From NCBI GenBank assembly GCA_963665125.2, contig CAXXUK010000001.1, forward strand, positions 2,784,001 through 2,848,000: a stretch of 64,000 nt of DNA. The letters run 5' to 3'. Source of the DNA: an uncultured Desulfarculus sp. (GTDB lineage: Bacteria; Desulfobacterota; Desulfarculia; Desulfarculales; Desulfarculaceae). Under the pieces are notes generated by a model. The model was not told the origin of the DNA and searched no databases. It saw only the letters and a list, made by a program, of their open reading frames with translations. Positions 48,352 through 58,250 of the stretch are shown piece by piece (the first letter of the stretch is position 1; every line of letters begins with the position of its first letter). The translations under genes were made by a program, and so were the position numbers.

Positions 48352-50720
48352 GTATCCATCCCGTCGATTTTTCCAAGCCGCCAGCGGGCCGCGGCCACCA
48401 CGGCCTGACCCAGGCTAAGGCCGCCGTCTCCGGCCGGAATGGCCGCTGGTGTGTAAACCCGCAGACGCCTGGCCTCCAATAGAGGCGGCAACTCGGTAAG
48501 GATGTATCTATTGTTCAGGCAGCCGCCGCCCAAAACGACATCCTCTACCCCGGCCTTTTCCGCCGCCTGGATGGCCCACTGGGCCAGGGCCGCCACCAGC
48601 CCCTTATGCATGCTGCCCGCCGTTTCGGCCAGGCCGGCGTTCAAGATGGCCTCGGCCAACAGGGATGCCACCATGGGCCGCCAGTCCAACTCAACCAGGC
48701 CGTCGCATTCTTCGGTAAAGAAGATGTGTTCGGTGCTTGGTTTGCCGCCCATGGCCTGCTCGAACTCTATGGCCGCCTGGCCCTCGTAATGGGCCTCGTA
48801 ACACACGCCGCAAATAGCCGAAACGCCGTCGAACAATCGGCCCAGACTCGATGTACGGGGCGCGTTGATGTTTCTTTGGATCATACCAGCCACAAGGGGC
48901 AGTTTGTCGGCATATTGATGAACCAGGGGCAGATTCAGTTGGGCGGTCTTTTCCGGACCCAGGGTTTCGATGAGCAGCGAAAGCCCGGTGCGCCAGGGCT
49001 GGCGCACGGCATGGTCGCCGCCGGGCAGGCTGAAAGGCCGCAGCCGCCCCAGACGCTCATACGAATCCAGGCGGGCCAAGAGCAGCTCGCCGCCCCAGGA
49101 CGTGCCGTCTTCGCCCAAGCCCACGCCGTCCAGGCCCAGGGCCAATACCGGCCCCTCCAGGCCGTGCTCGGCCATCACTGCGGCCGCGTGGGCGTGGTGG
49201 TGCTGGACAAGGGTCAGGGGCAATCCCCGATCCTGGGCCCAGCGGGTGCTCAAGTAATCCGGGTGCAGGTCGGCGGCGATGATCCGGGGGCTGCAATCGA
49301 GAATCATGGAAAGGTGGTCCACGGTCTGCCCGAAAAAGCGCAGGGTCTCCACGTCATCCAGGTCGCCCACGTGCTGACTGAGGAAGGCCTCCCGGCCCCG
49401 CAGCAGGCACAGGGTGTTCTTCAAATGCGCGCCCACTGCCATAACCGGCGGGCAGCCCTCGGGGGCCAATGCCGGGGCCAAAAACAGCGGCGACGGCGCA
49501 TAGCCCCGGGAGCGGCGCACCAGGCGCAAGGCCCCCCCGGCCACCCGCGCCACCGAGTCGTCGGCCCGCAGGTGGATGGGCCGGTCGTGCAAGAGCATCA
49601 CATCGCAAACCGGGCCCAGGGGGCCGTTGACGCCGATGCGGGCCGCCGCCTCGTCGTTGTCGATGCAGATTGGCTCGTCGCTCAGGTTGCCCGAGGTCAT
49701 CACCAGGGCCTCGAATCCCTGGTCCATTAGCAGATAATGCAGCGGCGTGTAGGGCAACATCAGGCCCACGGTGTTGCTGCCGGGGTGGACCGCCGGGGCC
49801 AGGCCGCCGTCTTTTTCAGCCTCGCAGAGAACGATGGGCCGCTCCCGGCTGGCCAGGGCCGCCTCTTCGGCGTCATCCATGTAGCCGAACCTAAGGGCGG
49901 CCCGGATATCGGACACCATCACGGCAAATGGTTTGGCCTCCCGGCCCTTACGGCGGCGCAGGCGCTCCACGGCCTGGCGGTTGAGGGCGTCGGCGGCCAG
50001 ATGAAAGCCGCCCAGGCCCTTTATGGCCACGATTTTGCCCTGCCGGAGGGCCTCGGCCGCCCGGGCCACCGGGTCGGCACAATCGATCTCGGCGCCCGAG
50101 GCGTCGGCCAGCCACAGGCGCGGCCCGCATACTGGACAGGCTATGGGCTGGGCGTGAAAACGGCGATCGGTTGGGTCTTCATATTCGGCCCGGCACTGGG
50201 GGCACATCTCGAATCCGGCCATGGTGGTGTTGGGCCGGTCGTAAGGCAAATCGCGGATTATGGTGTAGCGGGGGCCGCAGTGGGTGCAGTTGATGAACGG
50301 ATAGCCGAACCGGCGGTCCGTGGGGTCACGCATCTCGGCCAGGCAGGCCTCGCACACGCAAACGTCCGGGCTGATCAGCGTATGGCGGGTCCCGCCGGTG
50401 CTGGCCCTGATGATAAATTCCGTCTCACCGGGCTGTTGGTCCGCCATGGCGGTTTCAACGGACTCGATCCTGGTCAGGGGCGGGGCCTCGCCTTGCAGAC
50501 GCGCGAAAAACTCGTCCAGGGCCGCGGCCGTGCCCTGGACGCTGAGCTCCACTCCCGCTGCGTTGTTGACCACCCAGCCGGTGAGCCCCAACGCCCGGGC
50601 CAAATTGTAGACAAAGGGCCGAAAGCCCACCCCCTGGACCACGCCGCGAACCTTGGCCGAGCGGCGCTGTCGCAAGCCTTGGATCAAGATTTGGCCCAGT
50701 TCTCCAGCCAGTCCGCCCAC
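48348..50720 (-). CDS. hypF: Carbamoyltransferase HypF
   Basis: GVVQGVGFRP acylphosphatase domain, Zn fingers (CTHCGPR), KGLGGFH, HHHAH, GDGGLSLGQ; start codon uncertain. Confidence 0.96.
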   Translation of the reverse strand: MGGLAGELGQILIQGLRQRRSAKVRGVVQGVGFRPFVYNLARALGLTGWVVNNAAGVELSVQGTAAALDEFFARLQGEAPPLTRIESVETAMADQQPGETEFIIRASTGGTRHTLISPDVCVCEACLAEMRDPTDRRFGYPFINCTHCGPRYTIIRDLPYDRPNTTMAGFEMCPQCRAEYEDPTDRRFHAQPIACPVCGPRLWLADASGAEIDCADPVARAAEALRQGKIVAIKGLGGFHLAADALNRQAVERLRRRKGREAKPFAVMVSDIRAALRFGYMDDAEEAALASRERPIVLCEAEKDGGLAPAVHPGSNTVGLMLPYTPLHYLLMDQGFEALVMTSGNLSDEPICIDNDEAAARIGVNGPLGPVCDVMLLHDRPIHLRADDSVARVAGGALRLVRRSRGYAPSPLFLAPALAPEGCPPVMAVGAHLKNTLCLLRGREAFLSQHVGDLDDVETLRFFGQTVDHLSMILDCSPRIIAADLHPDYLSTRWAQDRGLPLTLVQHHHAHAAAVMAEHGLEGPVLALGLDGVGLGEDGTSWGGELLLARLDSYERLGRLRPFSLPGGDHAVRQPWRTGLSLLIETLGPEKTAQLNLPLVHQYADKLPLVAGMIQRNINAPRTSSLGRLFDGVSAICGVCYEAHYEGQAAIEFEQAMGGKPSTEHIFFTEECDGLVELDWRPMVASLLAEAILNAGLAETAGSMHKGLVAALAQWAIQAAEKAGVEDVVLGGGCLNNRYILTELPPLLEARRLRVYTPAAIPAGDGGLSLGQAVVAAARWRLGKIDGMDT

Positions 50721-51334
50721 TCGTCGATGCCCTCTCCCGTACGGCAGGAGATATCGAACACCACCTGATTGGGATTGAGGCTGTGACAGGTTTTATGAAT
50801 GCGGTCGATATTACAGTCGATGAACGGGAGCAGATCGATCTTGTTTACCAGCAGAATCCCGGCCTCGTGGAAGAGCTGGGGATATTTGCTTGGCTTGTCG
50901 TCGCCCTCGGTGGTGCTCAAAACCGCCACCTTGAGGTCTTCGCCCAGATCGAACTCCACCGGGCAGACCAGGTTGCCCACGTTTTCGATGATCAAAAGAT
51001 CCAGCTCATTCAAATCAAAGGCCGGCAGGGTGTCGCGGATCATGGCCCCGTCCAGGTGGCAGGCCCCCCGGGTCTCGATCTGAACGGCCTTGATGCCGAT
51101 GTTGGCCACCCGCTGGGCGTCCTCGGTGGTCTGGATGTCGCCTTCGATGACGGCTATCTTCAGCCGGTCTTTGAGCTTGGAAAGCGTGGTCTCCAAAACG
51201 GACGTTTTGCCCGCGCCGGGGCTGGAGATCAGGTTGAGCACCTTGACCCCGGCCTTTTTGAACAAACTTCTGTTGTCCTCGGCTATCTTGTCGTTGGCCT
51301 CCAAAATAGGCCGCGATACTTCCAGTTGAGCCAC
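50684..51334 (-). CDS. hypB: Hydrogenase nickel incorporation GTPase HypB
   Basis: SSPGAGKT, EGD, ACHLD, ENVGNLVCP, EGDDKP.KYP, NKID. Confidence 0.97.
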   Translation of the reverse strand: MAQLEVSRPILEANDKIAEDNRSLFKKAGVKVLNLISSPGAGKTSVLETTLSKLKDRLKIAVIEGDIQTTEDAQRVANIGIKAVQIETRGACHLDGAMIRDTLPAFDLNELDLLIIENVGNLVCPVEFDLGEDLKVAVLSTTEGDDKPSKYPQLFHEAGILLVNKIDLLPFIDCNIDRIHKTCHSLNPNQVVFDISCRTGEGIDEWADWLENWAKS

Positions 51335-51356
51335 TTCAGCCTCCTATGACAAAGCC

Positions 51357-51698
51357 CTACTGGGCTTCAATATATTCCACGAAAAGCTCCTGGCCGCCGG
51401 TAAAATCCATTTGCTCCTGGCCGCAGGCCGGGCATTTGACGTCGGGGTCGTCCAGGTCGCAAGTGTGGCCGCAAGCGTTGCATTCGGCATGGACGGGCGC
51501 CTTGTTTATGATCAACTCGGCGTCTTCGGCGGCGGTGTCTCTTTTAACCATATCAAAGCTGAATTGCAGCGAATGCGGCACCACGCCGGAAAAGGCTCCG
51601 ACCTTCACCACTACTCTGTCGATTCTTTGGGCCCCGTGGCGGGCCGCCTCCTGCAGGACAATGTCCAGCATTGATTGGGCGATGGAAAGTTCGTGCAC
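51357..51698 (-). CDS. hypA: Hydrogenase nickel metallochaperone HypA
   Basis: MHELSIA, CNAC and CPAC, GQEL. Confidence 0.96.
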   Translation of the reverse strand: MHELSIAQSMLDIVLQEAARHGAQRIDRVVVKVGAFSGVVPHSLQFSFDMVKRDTAAEDAELIINKAPVHAECNACGHTCDLDDPDVKCPACGQEQMDFTGGQELFVEYIEAQ

Positions 51699-51838
51699 GC
51701 TGTTTCCGATCTTGAGAATGGTTTTTCATTAAAGAAAAGTTAACACCAGCGCGTCTAATTGGTCAAGCCAGGAGGATGTTCGTTTTCTGGCATATGCTCC
51801 GGTACTCTGCTAAAATCCAGGCCTGGACAAGGAGAGCC

Positions 51839-54259
51839 ATGTTGATTTCGCCCGCTGAATACAAAGAAGGCAAACAGCCTCCTAAAAAACCAAAAAAGAA
51901 AAGCGCTCTCAAGGCCGTATTCAAATGGGCATTCATCGCCTTGATCCTGCTGTCGGCATTGGGCGCGGGCCTGGCCGTGGGCGGCTGGTTCTGGATCAGC
52001 CGCGACCTGCCCAGCATCGAGACACTCAACAACTACAATCCCCCGGCCGTTACCCAGGTCTTCAGCCGTGACGGCAAGCTCATGGCCGAGTTCATGCGCC
52101 AGCGCCGTTATCTGGTGAATTTGGAGGAACTGCCGGCCCACGTGGGCCAGGCCTTCGTGGCCGCCGAGGACGGCGATTTCTACCATCACGAAGGCGTGGA
52201 CATCCCCGGCATCATCCGGGCGGCCCTGGCCAACTTTCGGGCGGGCCGGGTGGTCCAAGGCGGCAGCACCATCACCCAGCAGGTGGCCAAGGCCCTGCTG
52301 CTGACGCCCCGGCGGACCTATATCCGCAAGTTCAAGGAAATGATCCTGGCCTGGCGCATGGAGAAATACCTGACCAAGGACCAGATTCTCAATATCTACA
52401 TCAACCACATCTATCTTGGCCACGGGGCCTATGGCGTCGAGGCCGCGGCCCGGACCTATTTCAACAAGCACGCCGAACAGTTGTCCGTCGCCGAATCGGC
52501 CCTCATCGCCGGATTGATCCAGGCCCCCAGCCGCTACAGCCCGGTGCGCGAACCAAAACGGGCCAGGAACCGCCAGCTCTACGTCATCGACCGCATGCTG
52601 GCCGAGGGCTTTATCACTTCAGAGCATGCCGAGCAGGCCCGCACCGAGCAGCTTGAGGTAAGCATCCACCACGAAGTGGCGGTGGACGCGCCCTACTACA
52701 CCGAGAGCGTTCGCCGCTGGCTCATGGACCGTTTCGGGGCCGACGCGCTCTACGACGGCGGCCTGCGGGTGGAGACCCCCTGCGACGCCAGGCTCACCGC
52801 CGCCGCCCAGCAGTCCATCGCCGCCGGGCTGGCCGATCTGACCAAGCGCCAGGGTTTCGCCGGTCCGTTGGGCCACCTGGATGAAGTGGCCCTGGCGGAA
52901 GTGGCCTCCCGGCCCTACTCGGCCAGCGAACTGCCAGCCGGCAGCGAGGTGGCCGCAGTGGTGGTCTCCCTGGACCCCAAAGGCCAGTACGCCCGCCTGC
53001 GCTTTGGCCGCGACCGGGGCGTCCTTCATCTTGAAGACGTCAAATGGGCCCATAAACGCCCCACCAGCCTTTCGGATAAGCCGGAGGCGGTCACTGAAAT
53101 AGGCCACGTCGTACAGGTTGGCGACAAGGTCATGGTGCGCATGGTCGAGCAGGAAGATATCGGCGGATGGTGGAAACTGGAACTGCTCCAGGAGCCGTTC
53201 GCCCAGGCCGCGCTTTTGGCCATGGACCCCCACAACGGCCGGGTGCAGGTGATCATCGGCGGCCGGGATTATGAAATCAGCGAATACAACCGCGCCCTGC
53301 AGGCCCACCGCCAGCCGGGAAGCGCCTTCAAGCCGTTCATCTACGCCGCAGCCCTGGACAAGGAAGACGGCAGCTACACCGCGGTGACCACCATCCTCGA
53401 CGCGCCGGTGGTCTACGACGAACCGGACCTGCCCGGCGAAAAGTGGAAGCCCAAAAACTACGAAAATCGCTTCTTCGGCCCCACCACCCTGCGCCATGCC
53501 TTGGAGCATTCCCGCAACGTGGTCACGGTGAAGTTGCTCGACGAGCTGGGCCTCAAGGACGTGGTGGACTTTACCCGCCGCCTGGGCATCACCAGCCCCA
53601 TGCAGATCAACCTGTCCCTGGCCCTGGGCACCAGCGGCCTGACTCTTCTGGAGTTGACCCGGGCCTATTGCGCCTTTGACAACGGCGGTTATCTGGTTCA
53701 GCCGGTGATGATCGAAAGAGTTCTGGACCGCCACGGCAAGGTGCTCTACGAAAGTCAGCCCGCGCCGGAACAGGTCATCAGTCCCCAGACGGCGTTTTTG
53801 ATCACCCACCTGTTGCGGGGTGTCATGGAACAAGGCACCGGCCGCGGCGTGCGGGTGCCCGGGGCGATCATGGCGGGCAAGACCGGCACAACCAACGACC
53901 TGCGCGACGCCTGGTTCGTGGGCTTCACCCCGCAGCTGGCCTGCGGCGTGTGGGTGGGCCAGGACGACAACCTTCCCCTGGGCCGCCGGGAAACCGGAGC
54001 CCGGGCTGCCGGGCCAATCTGGCGCATGTTCATGACCGAGGCGGTCAAGGGAGAAAAGCCCACCGACTTCCCCGTGCCCGAGGGCGTGGTGTTCGTGCGG
54101 GTGGACCGCGAGACCGGCAAGCCCCTGCCCGCCGGATCAGACGGCGGCTTCTTCGAGGCATTCAAGGCCGGCACCGAACCCAAACCGGAGGAGGCGGCCG
54201 TCAAAAAGCCTGAAAACAATGCCTCGGAGTTTTTGCAGGGCGAGACGTTCGCCAAATAG
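51839..54259 (+). CDS. mrcA: Class A penicillin-binding protein (PBP1A family)
   Basis: TM anchor, AEDxxFY.HEG, GGSTITQQ, RKFKE transglycosylase motifs; GSAFKP, SRN, KTGT transpeptidase motifs. Confidence 0.93.
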   Translation: MLISPAEYKEGKQPPKKPKKKSALKAVFKWAFIALILLSALGAGLAVGGWFWISRDLPSIETLNNYNPPAVTQVFSRDGKLMAEFMRQRRYLVNLEELPAHVGQAFVAAEDGDFYHHEGVDIPGIIRAALANFRAGRVVQGGSTITQQVAKALLLTPRRTYIRKFKEMILAWRMEKYLTKDQILNIYINHIYLGHGAYGVEAAARTYFNKHAEQLSVAESALIAGLIQAPSRYSPVREPKRARNRQLYVIDRMLAEGFITSEHAEQARTEQLEVSIHHEVAVDAPYYTESVRRWLMDRFGADALYDGGLRVETPCDARLTAAAQQSIAAGLADLTKRQGFAGPLGHLDEVALAEVASRPYSASELPAGSEVAAVVVSLDPKGQYARLRFGRDRGVLHLEDVKWAHKRPTSLSDKPEAVTEIGHVVQVGDKVMVRMVEQEDIGGWWKLELLQEPFAQAALLAMDPHNGRVQVIIGGRDYEISEYNRALQAHRQPGSAFKPFIYAAALDKEDGSYTAVTTILDAPVVYDEPDLPGEKWKPKNYENRFFGPTTLRHALEHSRNVVTVKLLDELGLKDVVDFTRRLGITSPMQINLSLALGTSGLTLLELTRAYCAFDNGGYLVQPVMIERVLDRHGKVLYESQPAPEQVISPQTAFLITHLLRGVMEQGTGRGVRVPGAIMAGKTGTTNDLRDAWFVGFTPQLACGVWVGQDDNLPLGRRETGARAAGPIWRMFMTEAVKGEKPTDFPVPEGVVFVRVDRETGKPLPAGSDGGFFEAFKAGTEPKPEEAAVKKPENNASEFLQGETFAK

Positions 54260-54400
54260 GCGGCCATGGGGCGAATCGGGCGTCAAGCTATCCGGGGCAA
54301 TTGGAGCGCCAACTACGCGGCCATCGCCCCATGCACTTCTATCCCAATGTCTTCAGCCGCGCGCCCAGGACAAAGGCCCCCGAAGCGCCCCAACACTAAC

Positions 54401-54793
54401 TCAATTGGACCGTGGGGTAAAACTTTTCATGAGGCTGATGGCGGCCGTAGTCACGTCACCCGTACTGCCCACGGCAATGTTTCCATTGACGGTGGGATTG
54501 CTGAACATAATGTGGAGCTTGCCATTGACCTCGCGCTCCACCAGATGCTTCCAATCGCCCTTGGCCACCTGCTCCTTGTAGAAATCGTAGACCTCTTGTT
54601 TTGACGCTGAGCCGCAATCAAGCACGGCCTGGACGACCATAGGGCTGTCAGTGGCGTCTTTCACCGTAGCGCCGGGATAGAGTTCGAATTCCGCCGCCAA
54701 TTTGGCGGGCATTTCCGATGCAGCCCAGACTGCCGGAGGGACGGCCAGCGCTGCCAGAAGGATCAGGAGGGGGAGGATGGCTTTGTTGCGCAT
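54401..54793 (-). CDS. Exported hypothetical protein
   Basis: Signal peptide ending VWA; LYPGATV and V.DFYK...GDW pattern seen in small periplasmic proteins. Confidence 0.7.
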   Translation of the reverse strand: MRNKAILPLLILLAALAVPPAVWAASEMPAKLAAEFELYPGATVKDATDSPMVVQAVLDCGSASKQEVYDFYKEQVAKGDWKHLVEREVNGKLHIMFSNPTVNGNIAVGSTGDVTTAAISLMKSFTPRSN

Positions 54794-55203
54794 ATAGCTT
54801 CGCTTTCTGGGCAGGCTTTGGGAGCGGTGGCTCGCGTTGGGCCGTTGCCGCCATTTTCAGTGTTGGCCCCGGCATAATTCTTGAAGTGGCAGGGGGGCGG
54901 TCTGCCCTGTCAAACCAGATCATGCCGCATTAGCTGTGCTTCTTGTTTGGGCTGGTTGCTTTAAAAAGGGCGTTGTTCACATTTAATTAATTTTGAGATC
55001 AATTTTTGTTTAACCTCGTTGGACAGGTGACCACGGCAAGCATCTTTATACGTAATGGAGGATATTGCCATTGTCGGCCCAGACCGGGCTTGCGGCCGGC
55101 AGCATGGAGGCCAACCCAAATGCGGTGATTGTTCAGTTCCGGTTTCGCAGGCAATCTTCCCCCATCTTCTTGCTACAATAAAATCCAAAGGCTGATGGGT
55201 TGA

Positions 55204-55872
55204 CTAAAGATCGCTCAGGTCGTCGCGGACCACGAACAGCAGGTTGAAGTTTTCCCGCAGTTCGGCAACCAGGGCCTCCAGCCTGTCGTCGGGCATGTCC
55301 TCGATGCGGAAATAGACATTGCGGCGACCCTCGCCCTTGACGTCATACGAACTCAGCACGCTCATGACGATGGCGCCGTGATCGCGAATGAAGTCGGTGA
55401 TGTCCTTGATGATGCCGACCTTGTTTTCCATGTCAAAGGCGATCTGGATGCCGCCACGGTAAACGCCGGTTATAGTGGTGAGCAGGCGGAACACGTCGCC
55501 TTGGCTGATGATGCCCACCAAATGGCCCTGGTCGATGACCGGCAGACCGGTGATGCGGTGCTCCAGCATCTTCACCGCCGCCTTTTCCACGGTCTCGCCG
55601 ATGCCGATGGTGATGGCGTCACGGGTCATGATGTCCTTGACCTTTAGCTCGGCCAAGAGGTAATACAACTCGTGCACGTCCAGAGTCGTTGCTTTGGAAG
55701 GGCTGGCATCCCGGAGATCGGTCTCCGTGATTATTCCCACGAGATGATTATCGTCATCCACCACGGGCAGCCTGCGAATGGTGTTGTCCTTCATAAGCTG
55801 CGATGCGTGCATGACCGAAGTGTCCGGAGTCACGGTGAGAGGGTCTGAACTCATCCACTCCTTGACCAGCAT
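55204..55872 (-). CDS. CBS-pair + ACT domain protein (AcuB-like)
   Basis: MLVKEWM, IRRLPVVD, ASPSKATTLDVHE, ITGLPV; GGAGG SD before ATG 55872. Confidence 0.9.
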   Translation of the reverse strand: MLVKEWMSSDPLTVTPDTSVMHASQLMKDNTIRRLPVVDDDNHLVGIITETDLRDASPSKATTLDVHELYYLLAELKVKDIMTRDAITIGIGETVEKAAVKMLEHRITGLPVIDQGHLVGIISQGDVFRLLTTITGVYRGGIQIAFDMENKVGIIKDITDFIRDHGAIVMSVLSSYDVKGEGRRNVYFRIEDMPDDRLEALVAELRENFNLLFVVRDDLSDL

Positions 55873-55999
55873 TGGGCCTCCTCCACTGGATGCCGGCGGC
55901 GTGGGCATTCCGCCGAATCTTGTGCTTGTCCGGTGATCAAGATACAATCCCGGCATTTATTTGACAAGATGTTTCATATAACTGAAAAGTCTATTACCC

Positions 56000-57925
56000 G
56001 TGAATGACGACCGGCTGGACAACCTGGAACAGGCAGTGACCACGGCGCTGGGGCCCGAAAGCCCCCTTACCGAGGAGCTTCCGGGCTTCGCTCCTCGCCG
56101 GGGCCAGGTGGACATGGCCCTGGCCGTGGCCCGCACCCTGCGCCAGCAGGTTCCGCTGGTGGTGGAGGCCGGTACGGGCACCGGCAAAACCCTGGCCTAT
56201 CTCATTCCGGCCGTGGCCGCCGGGCTCAAGACCATAATCTCCACCGGCACCAAGACCCTCCAGGACCAGGTCAACGCCAAGGAACTGCCCCTATTGGCCA
56301 AGACCATGGCCCCCGGCCTGCGCTGGGCCGTGTTGAAGGGCCGGTCGAATTACCTTTGCCTGCGCCGCTACAGGTCGTTTACCTCCCAGCCCGACCTGGG
56401 CCTTCCGGGAGCAGTGTCCGCCCTGGCCACGCTAAAGCGGTGGCTGGCCGAGGGCGGCGGCGGCGACCTGGACGAAGTGCGCGGCCGGGGCCTGGATAGG
56501 GCCGTACTGCCGGAAATAACCTCCAACAGCGAACAGTGTCTGGGCGGCCGCTGCGAGTTTCGCAACGAATGCCACCTGACCGAGGCCCGCCGCAAGGCCG
56601 CCGAGGCCGACGTGGTGGTGGTCAATCACCACCTGTTCCTGGCCGACCTGCGGCTCAAGGCCGAGGGCCACGGCGAGGCCCTGCCCCGCTACCAGGCCGT
56701 TGTGTTCGACGAGGCCCACATGCTTCCGGACGTGGCCACGGCCATCTTCGGTGTTACGGCCTCCGAGGCCAGGCTGCGCCAACTCTTGGCCGATATTGCT
56801 CGTGGCCTGGCGGCTGACCCTTCGGTGAGCGGGGCGGCCATGAGTTGCGAACAGGCCGGCAAACAGTTTTTTGGCGAACTGGGCAATGTGCTCAAGCGAA
56901 ACGGCCACGGCGGCCTGAGCCAGGCTCAATTGGAAGGCCTCAAAGACCACAGCGGCGCCATGGCCGCGGCCCTTGATGAACTGGCCGACTGCCTGGCCGA
57001 GGCCTCCGGCGATGAAGCCGAGGCGTTGAGCGCCAGGGCGGCGGCCCTGTCCATGGATCTGCACGCGGCCTGCGACCCCGCGCCGGGCCACACCGTGGCC
57101 TGGATCGAACGCCGGGGCCGGGGGTTGTCGCTGAATCTGTCCCCGGTTGACGTGGGTCCGCACCTGGACCACGCCCTCTACCAGGAAAACGGCCGCCTGG
57201 TCTTTACCAGCGCCACCATGGCCGCCGGTGACGACCTGGCGCCCATGGCCCGCCGCCTGGGCCTGCCCACGGAGACCCGAAAGCAGGTTGTGGCCTCGCC
57301 CTTTGATCCGGCCAGCCAGGCGCTATTGTATGTGCCCAAAAACATGCCCCAACCCAACTCTCCCGGCTTTGCCAAAGCCGTGGCCGATCAGGTGGAGATG
57401 CTGTTGACCCACAGCCGGGGCCGAGCCTTTATCCTGTTTACAAGCCACCGCGTTCTCGACGCCGTCAGCAGGCTGCTGGCCGGAAAGCTGACCTACCCCT
57501 GCCTGATCCAGGGCCAAGCCCCCCGCCTCAAGTTGATCGAGCGCTTCATGGCCGAGCCCAGCGTGCTTTTCGCCACGGCCAGCTTTTGGCAGGGGGTGGA
57601 CGTTCCCGGCGAGGCGCTGAGCGCCGTGATCATCGACAAACTGCCGTTCTCCCCGCCGGACGACCCCCTGGTGGCCGCCCGCATGGCAAGGTTGGAATCG
57701 GAGGGAATGAGCGGCTTCGCCCACCTAATGGTGCCCGAGGCCATCCTCAGCCTGAAGCAGGGACTGGGCCGTCTGCTGCGCACCCCCGAGGACAGGGGTC
57801 TGCTGGCCGTGCTGGACAACAGGATCATCACCAAGCCTTATGGCCGGCGTTTTATCAAGGCCTTGCAGCCGGTGCCCCTGACCAGCGACCCCGGCGATGT
57901 AGAGGCATTTTTCCTTGCCACCTGA
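56000..57925 (+). CDS. DinG/YoaA-family ATP-dependent Fe-S DNA helicase
   Basis: R.GQ, EAGTGTGKT, KGRSNYLC, four Cys, DEAH, SAT, FWQGVD, KLPF, QGLGRLLR. Confidence 0.94.
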   Translation: MNDDRLDNLEQAVTTALGPESPLTEELPGFAPRRGQVDMALAVARTLRQQVPLVVEAGTGTGKTLAYLIPAVAAGLKTIISTGTKTLQDQVNAKELPLLAKTMAPGLRWAVLKGRSNYLCLRRYRSFTSQPDLGLPGAVSALATLKRWLAEGGGGDLDEVRGRGLDRAVLPEITSNSEQCLGGRCEFRNECHLTEARRKAAEADVVVVNHHLFLADLRLKAEGHGEALPRYQAVVFDEAHMLPDVATAIFGVTASEARLRQLLADIARGLAADPSVSGAAMSCEQAGKQFFGELGNVLKRNGHGGLSQAQLEGLKDHSGAMAAALDELADCLAEASGDEAEALSARAAALSMDLHAACDPAPGHTVAWIERRGRGLSLNLSPVDVGPHLDHALYQENGRLVFTSATMAAGDDLAPMARRLGLPTETRKQVVASPFDPASQALLYVPKNMPQPNSPGFAKAVADQVEMLLTHSRGRAFILFTSHRVLDAVSRLLAGKLTYPCLIQGQAPRLKLIERFMAEPSVLFATASFWQGVDVPGEALSAVIIDKLPFSPPDDPLVAARMARLESEGMSGFAHLMVPEAILSLKQGLGRLLRTPEDRGLLAVLDNRIITKPYGRRFIKALQPVPLTSDPGDVEAFFLAT

Positions 57926-58250
57926 TAGGTATTATCAATACCTAAAATTTGCGATTTTTTTCTGAACAAGGTTTGATATTTATAGAATATTCAGTATTCT
58001 TTTGATCTATTAAAGATTCAATTAAAACTGCTAAATACGTTTGAACAACCGGGTTTCATTATTCCGGCCGTGTTTGCGGCTTGGCTGGAGAAATGCCGCG
58101 TTTGTTACAATTTGCATGCATTTTTGAATCTTTATTTTGATTTGCATTTATCCGATTTGTTAATATCGATCATCCAGTCGAACATGAAAAAGCAAATGGT
58201 CATACCTGTCTCACAGCAGGACAGTGGCCAAGGCAAACGAAAGGTTCGCA

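Noticed and set aside
55030..55190. 6S RNA assignment
   Set aside because: The predicted bubble is strongly asymmetric and the usual zapA-linked context is absent; kept only as an unassigned structured candidate
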